A DNA stretch of 64,000 nucleotides from an uncultured bacterium (GTDB lineage: Bacteria > Chloroflexota > UBA5177 > JANWHV01), in assembly GCA_963729625.1 (NCBI GenBank), contig CAVSOU010000010.1:672001-736000 (forward strand). Direction: 5' to 3'. The notes beneath the pieces were generated by a model, which was given only the letters and a program-made list of their open reading frames with translations, did not search any database and was not told the origin of the DNA. Position numbers and translations under genes: made by a program. This document shows positions 9,530-20,015 of the stretch, piece by piece. The stretch's first letter is position 1. Each line of letters starts with the position of its first letter.

Positions 9530-11026
9530 ATGGATGTAACACAGCAGTGCCCTGCCTGCGGTGCTCAAGCCTCCTCAGAGGCTATGTTCTGTGCAGCGTG
9601 CGGTTCGCGGCTCGCACGAATCGACGGTTCAAGGGAGACCGGGGACCGCTCTCCAGCCGTTCTCGCGCGCGGAGCCGGGATCGACCAGGGTGCACGCGCA
9701 CATCAGGCCCCCAGCCATAGCTGGGCCCGGCACCTATCGCTTCCGCCGCAACCACTCGAGGCAGGCGCGCTCTTGGCCCGACACTACCGGATTGTCCGCG
9801 CGCTCAAGTCCGGCGGTATGGGCGCGGTCTACCTGGCCTCCGACGATGAGCATCCCGGGCGAAGCACAGCGATCAAGGAGATGTTGGACCATTTTGCCAC
9901 TGAAGCCGAACGCGAAGAGGGTGAGGATTGGTTCCGACGAGAAGCGACGATGCTTGCCTCCTTGCAACACAAGTTCATACCGCGTATCTACGACTACTTC
10001 ATTGAGGACTGGCGCTATTACCTGGCAATGGAGTATGTCTCGGGTGAGAACCTGGAAGACCTCCTCCATCGCACCGGCACGCCCGGCATGCCCGAACAAC
10101 TCGTGCTTGGGCTCGGCGCGCAGGCGTGCGAGGTGTTGAGCTATCTCCATCGCCAGACACCGCCGGTGATCTTCAGGGACCTCAAGCCAGCCAACATCAT
10201 GCTCACCGCAAATGGTGAGATTCGGCTGGTCGACTTTGGCATTGCGCGCAGTTTCTCCGGTGTTCGCGGCAACTCGCTCGTAGGCACGCCCGGTTATGCG
10301 CCTGTCGAACAGTATCAGGGACTCTCAGACGAGCGCAGCGACCTGTTCTCGCTCGGCGCCACCTTGCACCACCTGCTCACAGGCTGCGATCCACGCGACG
10401 AGCCACCATTCTCCTTCAAGCCGGTGCGCTCGTACGTCCCCAGCATAAGCAGGGCCACGGAGCACCTCCTCGCAAACGTCTTGAGCAAAGATCCGGCGGA
10501 CAGGGGTCCCAAAGTCGAGGAGCTGGGCCGGCAGCTACGCAGGATCGAGGCAGACTTGTCGCTGGGAACCGTACCTGCCGTGATCGACGCTATGGCTTTC
10601 CGGGCTCCCGGAGGGCAAATGCCTCCGACGAGCATGGTGCTGCCGACCCGAGTACTGGATTTCGGCTCCCAACCCAGGAATGCACGGCACGCAATGAGTC
10701 TGCCCGTGTGCAATGAAGGCAAAGCTGAACTGCGGGTGGTCGTGCGCGCAAACGCCTCCTGGCTGCAGACGCCCAAGGGCCAGGTGCGCGTTCCACCGGG
10801 CGCGGTTGTTCAGGTGCCGGTTGCGGTGAATACCGGCGAGCTGAGCGGTGGGACCTACAAGGCGCGCCTCGAGCTGGATGGCAATGGTGGACTGGGAAAT
10901 ATTCCTGTACACGTGCAGGTCGGCTCGCGATGGACCGTAGGCGGTACCGTCATTCTTCTGCTTGTCGCCGCGTTCACGAGCCTCGCCGTCCTGATAGCAA
11001 TGCACCTCATCGTGTTGACGCACTGA
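9530..11026 (+). CDS. Hanks-type Ser/Thr kinase with N-terminal zinc ribbon, C-terminal Ig-like domain and TM helix
   Basis: CPACG..FCAACG; SGGMGAVY, AIKE, RDLKPANIM, DFG, GTPGYAP motifs. Confidence 0.93.
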   Translation: MDVTQQCPACGAQASSEAMFCAACGSRLARIDGSRETGDRSPAVLARGAGIDQGARAHQAPSHSWARHLSLPPQPLEAGALLARHYRIVRALKSGGMGAVYLASDDEHPGRSTAIKEMLDHFATEAEREEGEDWFRREATMLASLQHKFIPRIYDYFIEDWRYYLAMEYVSGENLEDLLHRTGTPGMPEQLVLGLGAQACEVLSYLHRQTPPVIFRDLKPANIMLTANGEIRLVDFGIARSFSGVRGNSLVGTPGYAPVEQYQGLSDERSDLFSLGATLHHLLTGCDPRDEPPFSFKPVRSYVPSISRATEHLLANVLSKDPADRGPKVEELGRQLRRIEADLSLGTVPAVIDAMAFRAPGGQMPPTSMVLPTRVLDFGSQPRNARHAMSLPVCNEGKAELRVVVRANASWLQTPKGQVRVPPGAVVQVPVAVNTGELSGGTYKARLELDGNGGLGNIPVHVQVGSRWTVGGTVILLLVAAFTSLAVLIAMHLIVLTH

Positions 11027-12521
11027 CCAGCGACTTCCAGCCCCAACGGAATCGCCTGGCAGCGTTCGGCCGCACGACGTGCTCGCCATCAGCGCTGGCA
11101 AGAACTGCCGTCGCCAGGAGTGGCAGGATCAGGAAATACGTGTGCAGGCTCCGCCAGGCGAAAGCGAGGCATACCAGTGGAAGCAGCATGGCCAGGCCGG
11201 GCGCACTGAGGCATCGACGAGTGAAGAGCCGAAACGCCAGGCAATAGGCGACAAGCTCGATCGCAACGTAGAGCAACGGAGGACCGATCTGCTGCTTGAG
11301 CAGTGCGATCGGTATCGCGACAATACCCACACCTTCCGCGAAGAGAGGGTCGCGCATCGGTCCCAGGATACCTGAAACCCAGTCGCCCGGGTTGAGCAGA
11401 ATGAACGGTAGGTTGCACAGAAAAAATACTACGACTGCCGGCAGCAGCCTGAGCCAGAGATCGCGCCATCCACCGGTACGCCAGCCGAGGTAGAGCAAGA
11501 ACGGCGCGAAAAACCATGCTTGCTGGCGCGTTGCGATAGCCAGACCAAGCATCAATCCCGCCGCAAGTGGCCGGCCTCTCAACTGCCAATACACGACCAG
11601 GATCATTGCGTAGAGCACGTCCGTGGCACCAACGGCGGAATCCAGAAGCAGCGGCGCATCCCCTAGCAGCAATAGCATCGTGACCAGCTGAATGCGCCGG
11701 TCGGCGCCGCGGTAGATCAGGTAGGAGGCGACAAACACCGCGCCGAGGAACAGCCCGACAAGATCGCGGACTCCCAGAGCCCACGCGACCACGCCGATGA
11801 GTATCGCTCCGCCCGGGTAGTTAAACCGCGTCTCGAACTCGCTCGAAACGTAGCTTGAGTTATGCTTCTCCTGGCTCAGGTCTTTCCAGTACCGGCTCCA
11901 CATCAAATTGTCGAACTGCTTCGACCCCAAACCGCCGTGTGCCCCTCCGCCGCTTGGATAGGTGGACAGGCTCCAAAAGGCGCCTGCACGAATGGGCGTG
12001 GTCTGGTTGAAAGCCAGGCCATGGCTGTTCAAACATGTGAGCATGTGCACGTTCGTATACGGATCGTGCCCATGCATGAAGAGCTGCGTAGCGCAGTCCG
12101 TCGCGGCACCGGCATCGACCGCGTACCTGTTCCGCTCGGAAAGATGCGGTACCAGCAGCCAGATCTGCACGACAGTGTTCACCGCAAGACCGGCGACGAT
12201 TGCCGTCGTGACCAACCTCATGCGCACTGGAGCCGTGCGCTGGTCGGCGTGCACGATGGCCACGTAGAGCGTGCCAAAGAGGACCACCAGGGAGCACGTT
12301 GTGGCAAGAGTCAGCGGGACGCTGTCGCGCATGAAACTGTGGTTGACTCCTTGCAACACAAGGAGCGCAATCGTGGCCACTCCCACCGGCAGTGCCCAGC
12401 CCGGCACGAGCGCATCGGCAATCCCACGCGCAAGAGACGCGCTCGATGCCCCAATTGATTCGTCAGAAGACCACCCGATGCCGTCTGCAGATTGGTCGCG
12501 CACAACCGGACTCGCTTCCAT
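11007..12521 (-). CDS. Polytopic membrane protein, GT-C (GT87-like) glycosyltransferase
   Basis: ~10 TM helices; G.DPY, FNYP and GLAIATRQQAW motifs. Confidence 0.65.
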   Translation of the reverse strand: MEASPVVRDQSADGIGWSSDESIGASSASLARGIADALVPGWALPVGVATIALLVLQGVNHSFMRDSVPLTLATTCSLVVLFGTLYVAIVHADQRTAPVRMRLVTTAIVAGLAVNTVVQIWLLVPHLSERNRYAVDAGAATDCATQLFMHGHDPYTNVHMLTCLNSHGLAFNQTTPIRAGAFWSLSTYPSGGGAHGGLGSKQFDNLMWSRYWKDLSQEKHNSSYVSSEFETRFNYPGGAILIGVVAWALGVRDLVGLFLGAVFVASYLIYRGADRRIQLVTMLLLLGDAPLLLDSAVGATDVLYAMILVVYWQLRGRPLAAGLMLGLAIATRQQAWFFAPFLLYLGWRTGGWRDLWLRLLPAVVVFFLCNLPFILLNPGDWVSGILGPMRDPLFAEGVGIVAIPIALLKQQIGPPLLYVAIELVAYCLAFRLFTRRCLSAPGLAMLLPLVCLAFAWRSLHTYFLILPLLATAVLASADGEHVVRPNAARRFRWGWKSLVSASTR

Positions 12522-12569
12522 CTACTACGCTCGATCTGCTGTTGAGGGCGCGGCCTTTCCAACGCTTGG

Positions 12570-12770
12570 GCGACAGTACTGCCTCCAATAGTAACATTCC
12601 TTCGAGCATCCCGCTTATGGGGGAGGCCGGCATCGCACCACCTTGTACGACTCAGTGCGTGGCCTCCTGCCGGTCGGTAATGGAACCTGACTTCATGAGG
12701 ATAGAATCCCTCCGTCATGCGGAAGCTCAGCGCCACATATGGCGTGTGAGGCAGCGGCAGGCAATGTCGC
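12570..12770. ncRNA. Candidate ~200-nt rod-shaped structured RNA (6S-like?)
   Basis: Nested inverted repeats GCGACA/TGTCGC, CTGCCTC/GAGGCAG, GAGC..CCGC/GCGG..GCTC and GGAGGCC/GGCCTCC, with an unpaired central bubble. Confidence 0.35.
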
Positions 12771-12828
12771 ATGGTCACCGTTTGCCACGACCCAGGCAGA
12801 CCGGCATCATGTACGGGTAAGGGGCAGC

Positions 12829-14031
12829 ATGAGCGACGATACCGTTTATCTGGACTTTGCCGCGACGACGCCTGTGGACGCGCGCGTCATCGAAGCAATG
12901 CTGCCCTACTTTGGAGAATTGTTCGGCAATCCGTCAAGCGTCTACACGCAGGCGCGTACCGCGCGCCAAGCGGTGGATCGCGCGCGCGGCACGGTTGCCT
13001 CGCTCCTTGGCGCCATGGCCAGCGAGGTCATCTTCACAAGCGGTGGAACGGAGAGCGACAACGCCGCGATCAAGGGCGCGATCTGGGCAAATCGCGAGCG
13101 AGGCAATCACGTGGTAACCACGCAGATCGAGCATCACGCGGTAATCCACACATGCGAGTGGTTACAGCGCTTCGGCGTCGAGACCACCTATGTGCCTGTC
13201 GAGAGCGACGGCATCGTCGATCCCGCGGCGATTGCCAAGGCAATGCGGCCCACAACCGTCCTTGTCTCGACAATGCATGCAAATAACGAGATCGGCACTC
13301 TCCAGCCCCTGGCCGAGATTGCCGAGATCGCGCACGCGCACGGCGCGCTCCTGCACACCGACGCGGTGCAGACCGCAGGCCAGCTTCCTCTCGACGTGAG
13401 CGCTCTTGGCGTCGATATGCTGAGCCTCTCGGCGCACAAGTTCTACGGCCCAAAGGGAATCGGCGTCCTGTTCGTGCGGCGAGGCTGTCCATGGCTCCCC
13501 ACGCAGCAGGGTGGGGGCCAGGAGCGGGGCCGGCGAGCAGGCACGGAGAACGTCGCTTCGGTAGTGGGGCTCGCAACGGCGCTGGCGTTGGCCCGCGACT
13601 CGATGAGCCGGGAAGCCGAGCGCTCGCGTTTGCTCCGCGACCGACTTATTACGGGGATCTTGAGTCGGGTTCCAGGCAGCGTCGTGAATGGGCACCGCGA
13701 GCGGCGCCTGCCGAACAACGCCAACTTCACCTTTATCGGGGTCGATGGCGAGTCGATGCTGCTGAATCTCGACATGCAGGGCGTTGCAGCGTCAAGCGGC
13801 TCGGCCTGTACGGCCGGCTCAATCGACCCATCACATGTCCTGCTGGCTCTCGGAATGCCTCGCGATCTAGCCGCCAGCGCTCTCCGGTTGAGCCTCGGCA
13901 GAAGCACGACGGACGCGCATATCGATCGCGTGCTCGATATCTTGCCGGCGGTAGTTGCGCGGCTACGCGCCATCAATAGGAAGCAGTCCGTTGCACGGGC
14001 AGAGCGCACTGGCGCGCCGGAAAGCGCATAG
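12829..14031 (+). CDS. iscS: Cysteine desulfurase (IscS/NifS group I)
   Basis: YLDFAATTP, FTSGGTE, HTDAVQ, SAHKFYGPKG and SSGSAC motifs. Confidence 0.95.
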   Translation: MSDDTVYLDFAATTPVDARVIEAMLPYFGELFGNPSSVYTQARTARQAVDRARGTVASLLGAMASEVIFTSGGTESDNAAIKGAIWANRERGNHVVTTQIEHHAVIHTCEWLQRFGVETTYVPVESDGIVDPAAIAKAMRPTTVLVSTMHANNEIGTLQPLAEIAEIAHAHGALLHTDAVQTAGQLPLDVSALGVDMLSLSAHKFYGPKGIGVLFVRRGCPWLPTQQGGGQERGRRAGTENVASVVGLATALALARDSMSREAERSRLLRDRLITGILSRVPGSVVNGHRERRLPNNANFTFIGVDGESMLLNLDMQGVAASSGSACTAGSIDPSHVLLALGMPRDLAASALRLSLGRSTTDAHIDRVLDILPAVVARLRAINRKQSVARAERTGAPESA

Positions 14032-14048
14032 ACAGGCAACCGGCGCCG

Positions 14049-15089
14049 TCAATCCGACGACAGCGTCTCCTCACGCGGCGTATACTCCGCAAGATCGCGC
14101 CGGATCGCTCCGGCCAGGTCAGCACGCGCCATACGGTCGGCCAGTCGGATGCCCTGTATGATTGCACGCGCTTTCGATCGGCCATGGCAATTGATCAGCA
14201 CTCCGTCAACGCCCAGCACGGGTACGCCGCCATATTCGGCGTAATCGACACGCGCGCGCATCTTATTGATCGCGGGCCTGACCAAAATGCTTCCGATCTT
14301 CGCCCGCAGCGAGCTCTGCAGTGTCTCCTGCAGCAGGCTCGTGACGACGCCTACCGTGCCTTCCATCGTCTTGAGAATCGCATTGCCGGTGAATCCATCA
14401 CAGACGACCACATCGGCGACGCTCTTGGCAATTCCGTTCCCCTCGATGTTCCCGACAAAATTGAGGCCACTGGCACGCAAGAGATCGAAGGCAGCCAGCG
14501 TAAGCGCGGAGCCCTTCCCCTCCTCGGTGCCGTTGCTGACCAGCCCGACGCGAGGATTTGCAAGTCCATGCGCGGTGCGCATATACACGACGCCCATATG
14601 CGCAAACTGCACCAGCCACTGCGGCTTGCAGTCGGAGTTGGCGCCCATATCGACCAGGAAGGCATGACCAGTTCTGGTTGGAACGACGCCGCCGAAAGCC
14701 GGACGATCGATCCCCGGTAAACGCTTGAGGATGAAGATACCCGCGGCCATGATGGCGCCGCTATTGCCGGCCGAGACAGCAGCGCCGGCCCTGCCTTCGC
14801 GCACCAAGCCGACGGCAACCGGCATCGACGCATTGGGCTTCGCGCGCAACGCTCTGGCCGGATGCTCGTGCATCTCGATCGTGTCCGGTGCGTGCAGGAC
14901 CGTGATGCCGGCAGGTGTCGGTCCGTGCTTCGAGAGCTCCGCACTAATGAGGATTTCATCGCCCACCAGGCACACAGCAATGCCATAGTCACGCGCGGCG
15001 GCAACCGCGGCGGCGACCTGCTCATCCGGCGCGTGATCGCCACCCATGGCATCGAGCGCTATGGGAAGGTTGGCTAGTGGTGCGGCCAT
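14049..15089 (-). CDS. plsX: Phosphate acyltransferase PlsX
   Basis: IALDAMGGDHAP, SAGNSGA, DMGAN, DGFTGN and HGRS motifs. Confidence 0.96.
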   Translation of the reverse strand: MAAPLANLPIALDAMGGDHAPDEQVAAAVAAARDYGIAVCLVGDEILISAELSKHGPTPAGITVLHAPDTIEMHEHPARALRAKPNASMPVAVGLVREGRAGAAVSAGNSGAIMAAGIFILKRLPGIDRPAFGGVVPTRTGHAFLVDMGANSDCKPQWLVQFAHMGVVYMRTAHGLANPRVGLVSNGTEEGKGSALTLAAFDLLRASGLNFVGNIEGNGIAKSVADVVVCDGFTGNAILKTMEGTVGVVTSLLQETLQSSLRAKIGSILVRPAINKMRARVDYAEYGGVPVLGVDGVLINCHGRSKARAIIQGIRLADRMARADLAGAIRRDLAEYTPREETLSSD

Positions 15090-15241
15090 TGCGGTGTCGT
15101 GATTCCCCTAACAGCAATTATAGAAGGAAGTCGGGCTGCCACCCCGCCGCATCGACACGCTCGTGACGCAGGGAGCATTCACCCGGCAGGCACGCCTGTG
15201 TTCTGCTTGTGTCTGCCACGCCCTGACGGGAAGGCCCCGCG

Positions 15242-17350
<2,109 letters not shown>

Positions 17351-17383
17351 TCACCACCCCAAATCGAGAATGGTTCTCAAGGC

Positions 17384-17412
17384 TTGACACGACCTTGCTC
17401 GCTGAGTAAACT
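17384..17412 (+). promoter_or_regulatory. Sigma70-type promoter of the tRNA-Phe/tRNA-Gly operon
   Basis: TTGACA, 17-nt spacer, TAAACT. Confidence 0.75.
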
Positions 17413-17472
17413 AACCCTTGTTGTGAGCAGGTCCGGCAGCCGCCTGGGCTGGTCTCTGTCGGCAAGTGTCAG

Positions 17473-17545
17473 GCCGAGATAGCTCAGTTGGTAGAGCACG
17501 CGACTGAAAATCGCGGTGTCCGCAGTTCAATTCTGCGTCTCGGCA
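17473..17545 (+). tRNA. tRNA-Phe(GAA)
   Basis: GCCGAGA/TCTCGGC acceptor stem, D arm AGCTCAGTTGGTAGAGC, anticodon loop CTGAAAA, T loop TTCAATT; followed by CCT, so CCA is not fully encoded. Confidence 0.96.
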
Positions 17546-17549
17546 CCTT

Positions 17550-17624
17550 GCGGAAGTGGCTCAGTGGTAGAGCATCTCCTTGCCAAGGAGAGGGTCGCCG
17601 GTTCGATCCCGGTCTTCCGCTCCA
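17550..17624 (+). tRNA. tRNA-Gly(GCC)
   Basis: GCGGAAG/CTTCCGC acceptor stem, anticodon loop TTGCCAA, GGTTCGATCCC, encoded CCA. Confidence 0.97.
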
Positions 17625-17629
17625 GAGTA

Positions 17630-17654
17630 AAACCCCCTCGTATTGAGGGGGTTT
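17630..17654 (+). terminator. Intrinsic terminator after tRNA-Gly
   Basis: AAACCCCCTC-GTATT-GAGGGGGTTT hairpin. Confidence 0.75.
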
Positions 17655-17704
17655 CTGATTGCTTGGTCACGGATTTGGTCACAAAGGGTCACGGGACCCA
17701 GTTC

Positions 17705-18170
17705 CTACCCATATAAGGCAGTCGCGATGGCCGCCGCCGCGGCGTCTTCCATGCCTTCGGTGACGTGCCCGTACATGTCGCCAGTGGTTGACTGACGGCC
17801 GCGCGTGGCCCAGCCGCTTGGACACTGCCAGCAACGGCACGCCGCACTCCATGGCCAGCGCTGCGGACGTGTGGCGAATGTCGTGAATTCGGATGCGGGG
17901 CACGCCGGCATGCTTCACCAGCTCGTCGTAGCGGCGCGCCAAGTTCCTGGGGCTGTGCGGTGTGCCGACGGCCGTCGGGAATACCGGCCCGTGCTCCTGC
18001 CACACTTCGCCAGCCTTTCGACGCTTGAAAGCGGTAGTGTCCTTCCAGGTCTTGAGTGCATCGCGCGATACCGAACTGATCAGCACGACTCGCCGACTCT
18101 TTGGCGTCTTCGTGCCATTGATGATGGTCTTGGAACCGCCGACGACCGTAACCGTCTTCACGATGCGGAT
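17705..18170 (-). pseudogene. Tyrosine integrase C-terminal remnant (frameshifted, N-terminus deleted)
   Basis: KTPKSRR, RIHDIRHT and RLGHARPS in one frame; TTGDMYGHV (catalytic Tyr) continues in another frame; points toward the tRNA-Gly 3' end. Confidence 0.88.
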
Positions 18171-18373
18171 TGACGACCCGTACTCTTCGCAGCGGCGACC
18201 CGCTAACGTGACAGTAACAGTATCATCACGACGAATAACGTGGACACCGCCGCAGCCGACGCAGTCTACAAGTTGAGCTGTTGGGCGCAGCTTCGAGCGG
18301 GGTGCCGCTGTGAACAACGTCGGGCGGCAGCGCCTGCACCTTGGACACTCGTTGGTTGAAAGGAAGACGCTAC

Positions 18374-19477
18374 ATGGCTAGTGCCGAGCACGCCCCGACC
18401 GTTGTTGACCAGTCGGTACTCGACGATCTGCACGCGCGACTCCGCGTCTACCGACGAGTCGCCGTCCCCGCAGGCTTCGGATGGACGCGCGGCGTCGACG
18501 GCGACTACCTCGCAGACCTCATGGCCTACTGGGCCGACTCCTACGACTGGCGGGCACACGAAACCCGGCTCCGCGGCCTGCCGTGGGTTCTGGCGGGCCA
18601 GCACGGCACGCCGATTCGAGCAGTCCACCTGCGAGCGACGGCAGCCGACGCCGTTCCGGTGGTACTCCTTCATGGATGGCCCGACTCGATCCTGCGATTC
18701 GAGAAGGTCCTACCAATGCTAACCGACCTTCATCTGCTCGTCCCGGCCTTGCCCGGGTTCCCATTCGCGGCGCCGGTGGCCCGCCGCGGCATGTCGTCCT
18801 CGGACATGGCCGAAGCGATCGCGCAGGCGATATCCGAGCTCGGCTACGAACGCTACGTCGTCTCTGCTGGCGACGTGGGCTGCGATGTTGCCGAAGCGCT
18901 GGCTGCCAGTCACCCAGATCGGGTCGCTGCCCTGCACCTTACCGACGTATCCCAGTTGCACTTCCTGGTGAATCCTCCGCAGAACTTGTCCGACGAGGAG
19001 CGTGACTACGTCCGACACGGTCATCACTGGCAGGCGACCGAGGGCGGTTACATGCACGAACAGTCGACCAAGCCACATACGCTGGCGGTGGCCCTGGGCG
19101 ACTCGCCTGCAGGCCTCGCCGCCTGGATCCTGGAGAAGCTGCGCACATGGACGGACTGCGGCGGCGATGTGGAGACCGTGTTCACTCGGGACGAGCTGCT
19201 TACATGGATTACCGCATACTGGGTCAGCGGCGCTATAGGCACCTCCTTCACTCCCTACGCCGAGAGCGGGTCGAAACCGATCGGGCGAATCGGCGTCCCA
19301 ACGGCTGTCACGATCTTCCCGAGGGACCTCGTCAACGCCCCCCGGGAGTTTGCGGCGCGCATCTTTGACATCCGATCCTGGACTGATGAACCAGCCGGCG
19401 GTCACTTTGCGGCATGGGAGCGTCCGTCGGAGTATGTCGCTGGGATTCGGACAGCTGTTGGTCTCGCGAATACCTAA
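18374..19477 (+). CDS. Microsomal-type epoxide hydrolase (EHN + alpha/beta hydrolase)
   Basis: YDWR, LLHGWPDS, GDVG nucleophile, DSPAGLAAWILEK and GGHFAAWE motifs. Confidence 0.93.
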   Translation: MASAEHAPTVVDQSVLDDLHARLRVYRRVAVPAGFGWTRGVDGDYLADLMAYWADSYDWRAHETRLRGLPWVLAGQHGTPIRAVHLRATAADAVPVVLLHGWPDSILRFEKVLPMLTDLHLLVPALPGFPFAAPVARRGMSSSDMAEAIAQAISELGYERYVVSAGDVGCDVAEALAASHPDRVAALHLTDVSQLHFLVNPPQNLSDEERDYVRHGHHWQATEGGYMHEQSTKPHTLAVALGDSPAGLAAWILEKLRTWTDCGGDVETVFTRDELLTWITAYWVSGAIGTSFTPYAESGSKPIGRIGVPTAVTIFPRDLVNAPREFAARIFDIRSWTDEPAGGHFAAWERPSEYVAGIRTAVGLANT

Positions 19478-19489
19478 GGCCTGTCGTGC

Positions 19490-19605
19490 ACAGTGAGTGA
19501 CGGTCGCGGTCACCTGCTCGAAGATGGGCGCGCTCACGTGCCCGTGCACGTCGGTCTTGGTGCTCGGCTTGGCGTGGCCCAGCCGCCTGCCAAGCCCCTT
19601 GCGTG
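19490..19605 (-). pseudogene. Second tyrosine integrase tail fragment
   Basis: Minus-strand RRLGHAKPSTKTDVHGHV resembles the RLGH..S.T.D.Y.HV integrase C-terminus, with the Tyr lost. Confidence 0.6.
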
Positions 19606-20015
19606 AAGTGTTATAATAGGAAATGGTTACAGGCGACCTACTGTATAGTGCCGAACGTCGCCATGCCCCGGCAGCAGGCCCCGATCCGGTGTGGTGGCTG
19701 CTCGCGTAGGTTCGCGATAGGGTGCGCTGGTAGGATTTCGGTAGTGCCGTGCCCCGAGACGGCGCGACAGGCGGAAACGACCTTGGCTGTCCGCTGATAA
19801 GGGCAGACATACGGGTGAGTTTTCCAACGGCAATGGCCCGCTAGCACAGGTGATGGCCGGGAGTGTGCTGCTCCTGGACGGGCAGGACGCCATAGTCGTG
19901 AGGACGGTCAAGCACGTCGGGCCCGTCACGCGTGCTGCACTGGCCGTGGGCCAGGGTCTCCGGTGAATCGCGTTCAGATGGGATGGGTTCCGTCCCAGGA
20001 AGAAGGGCGACGACG

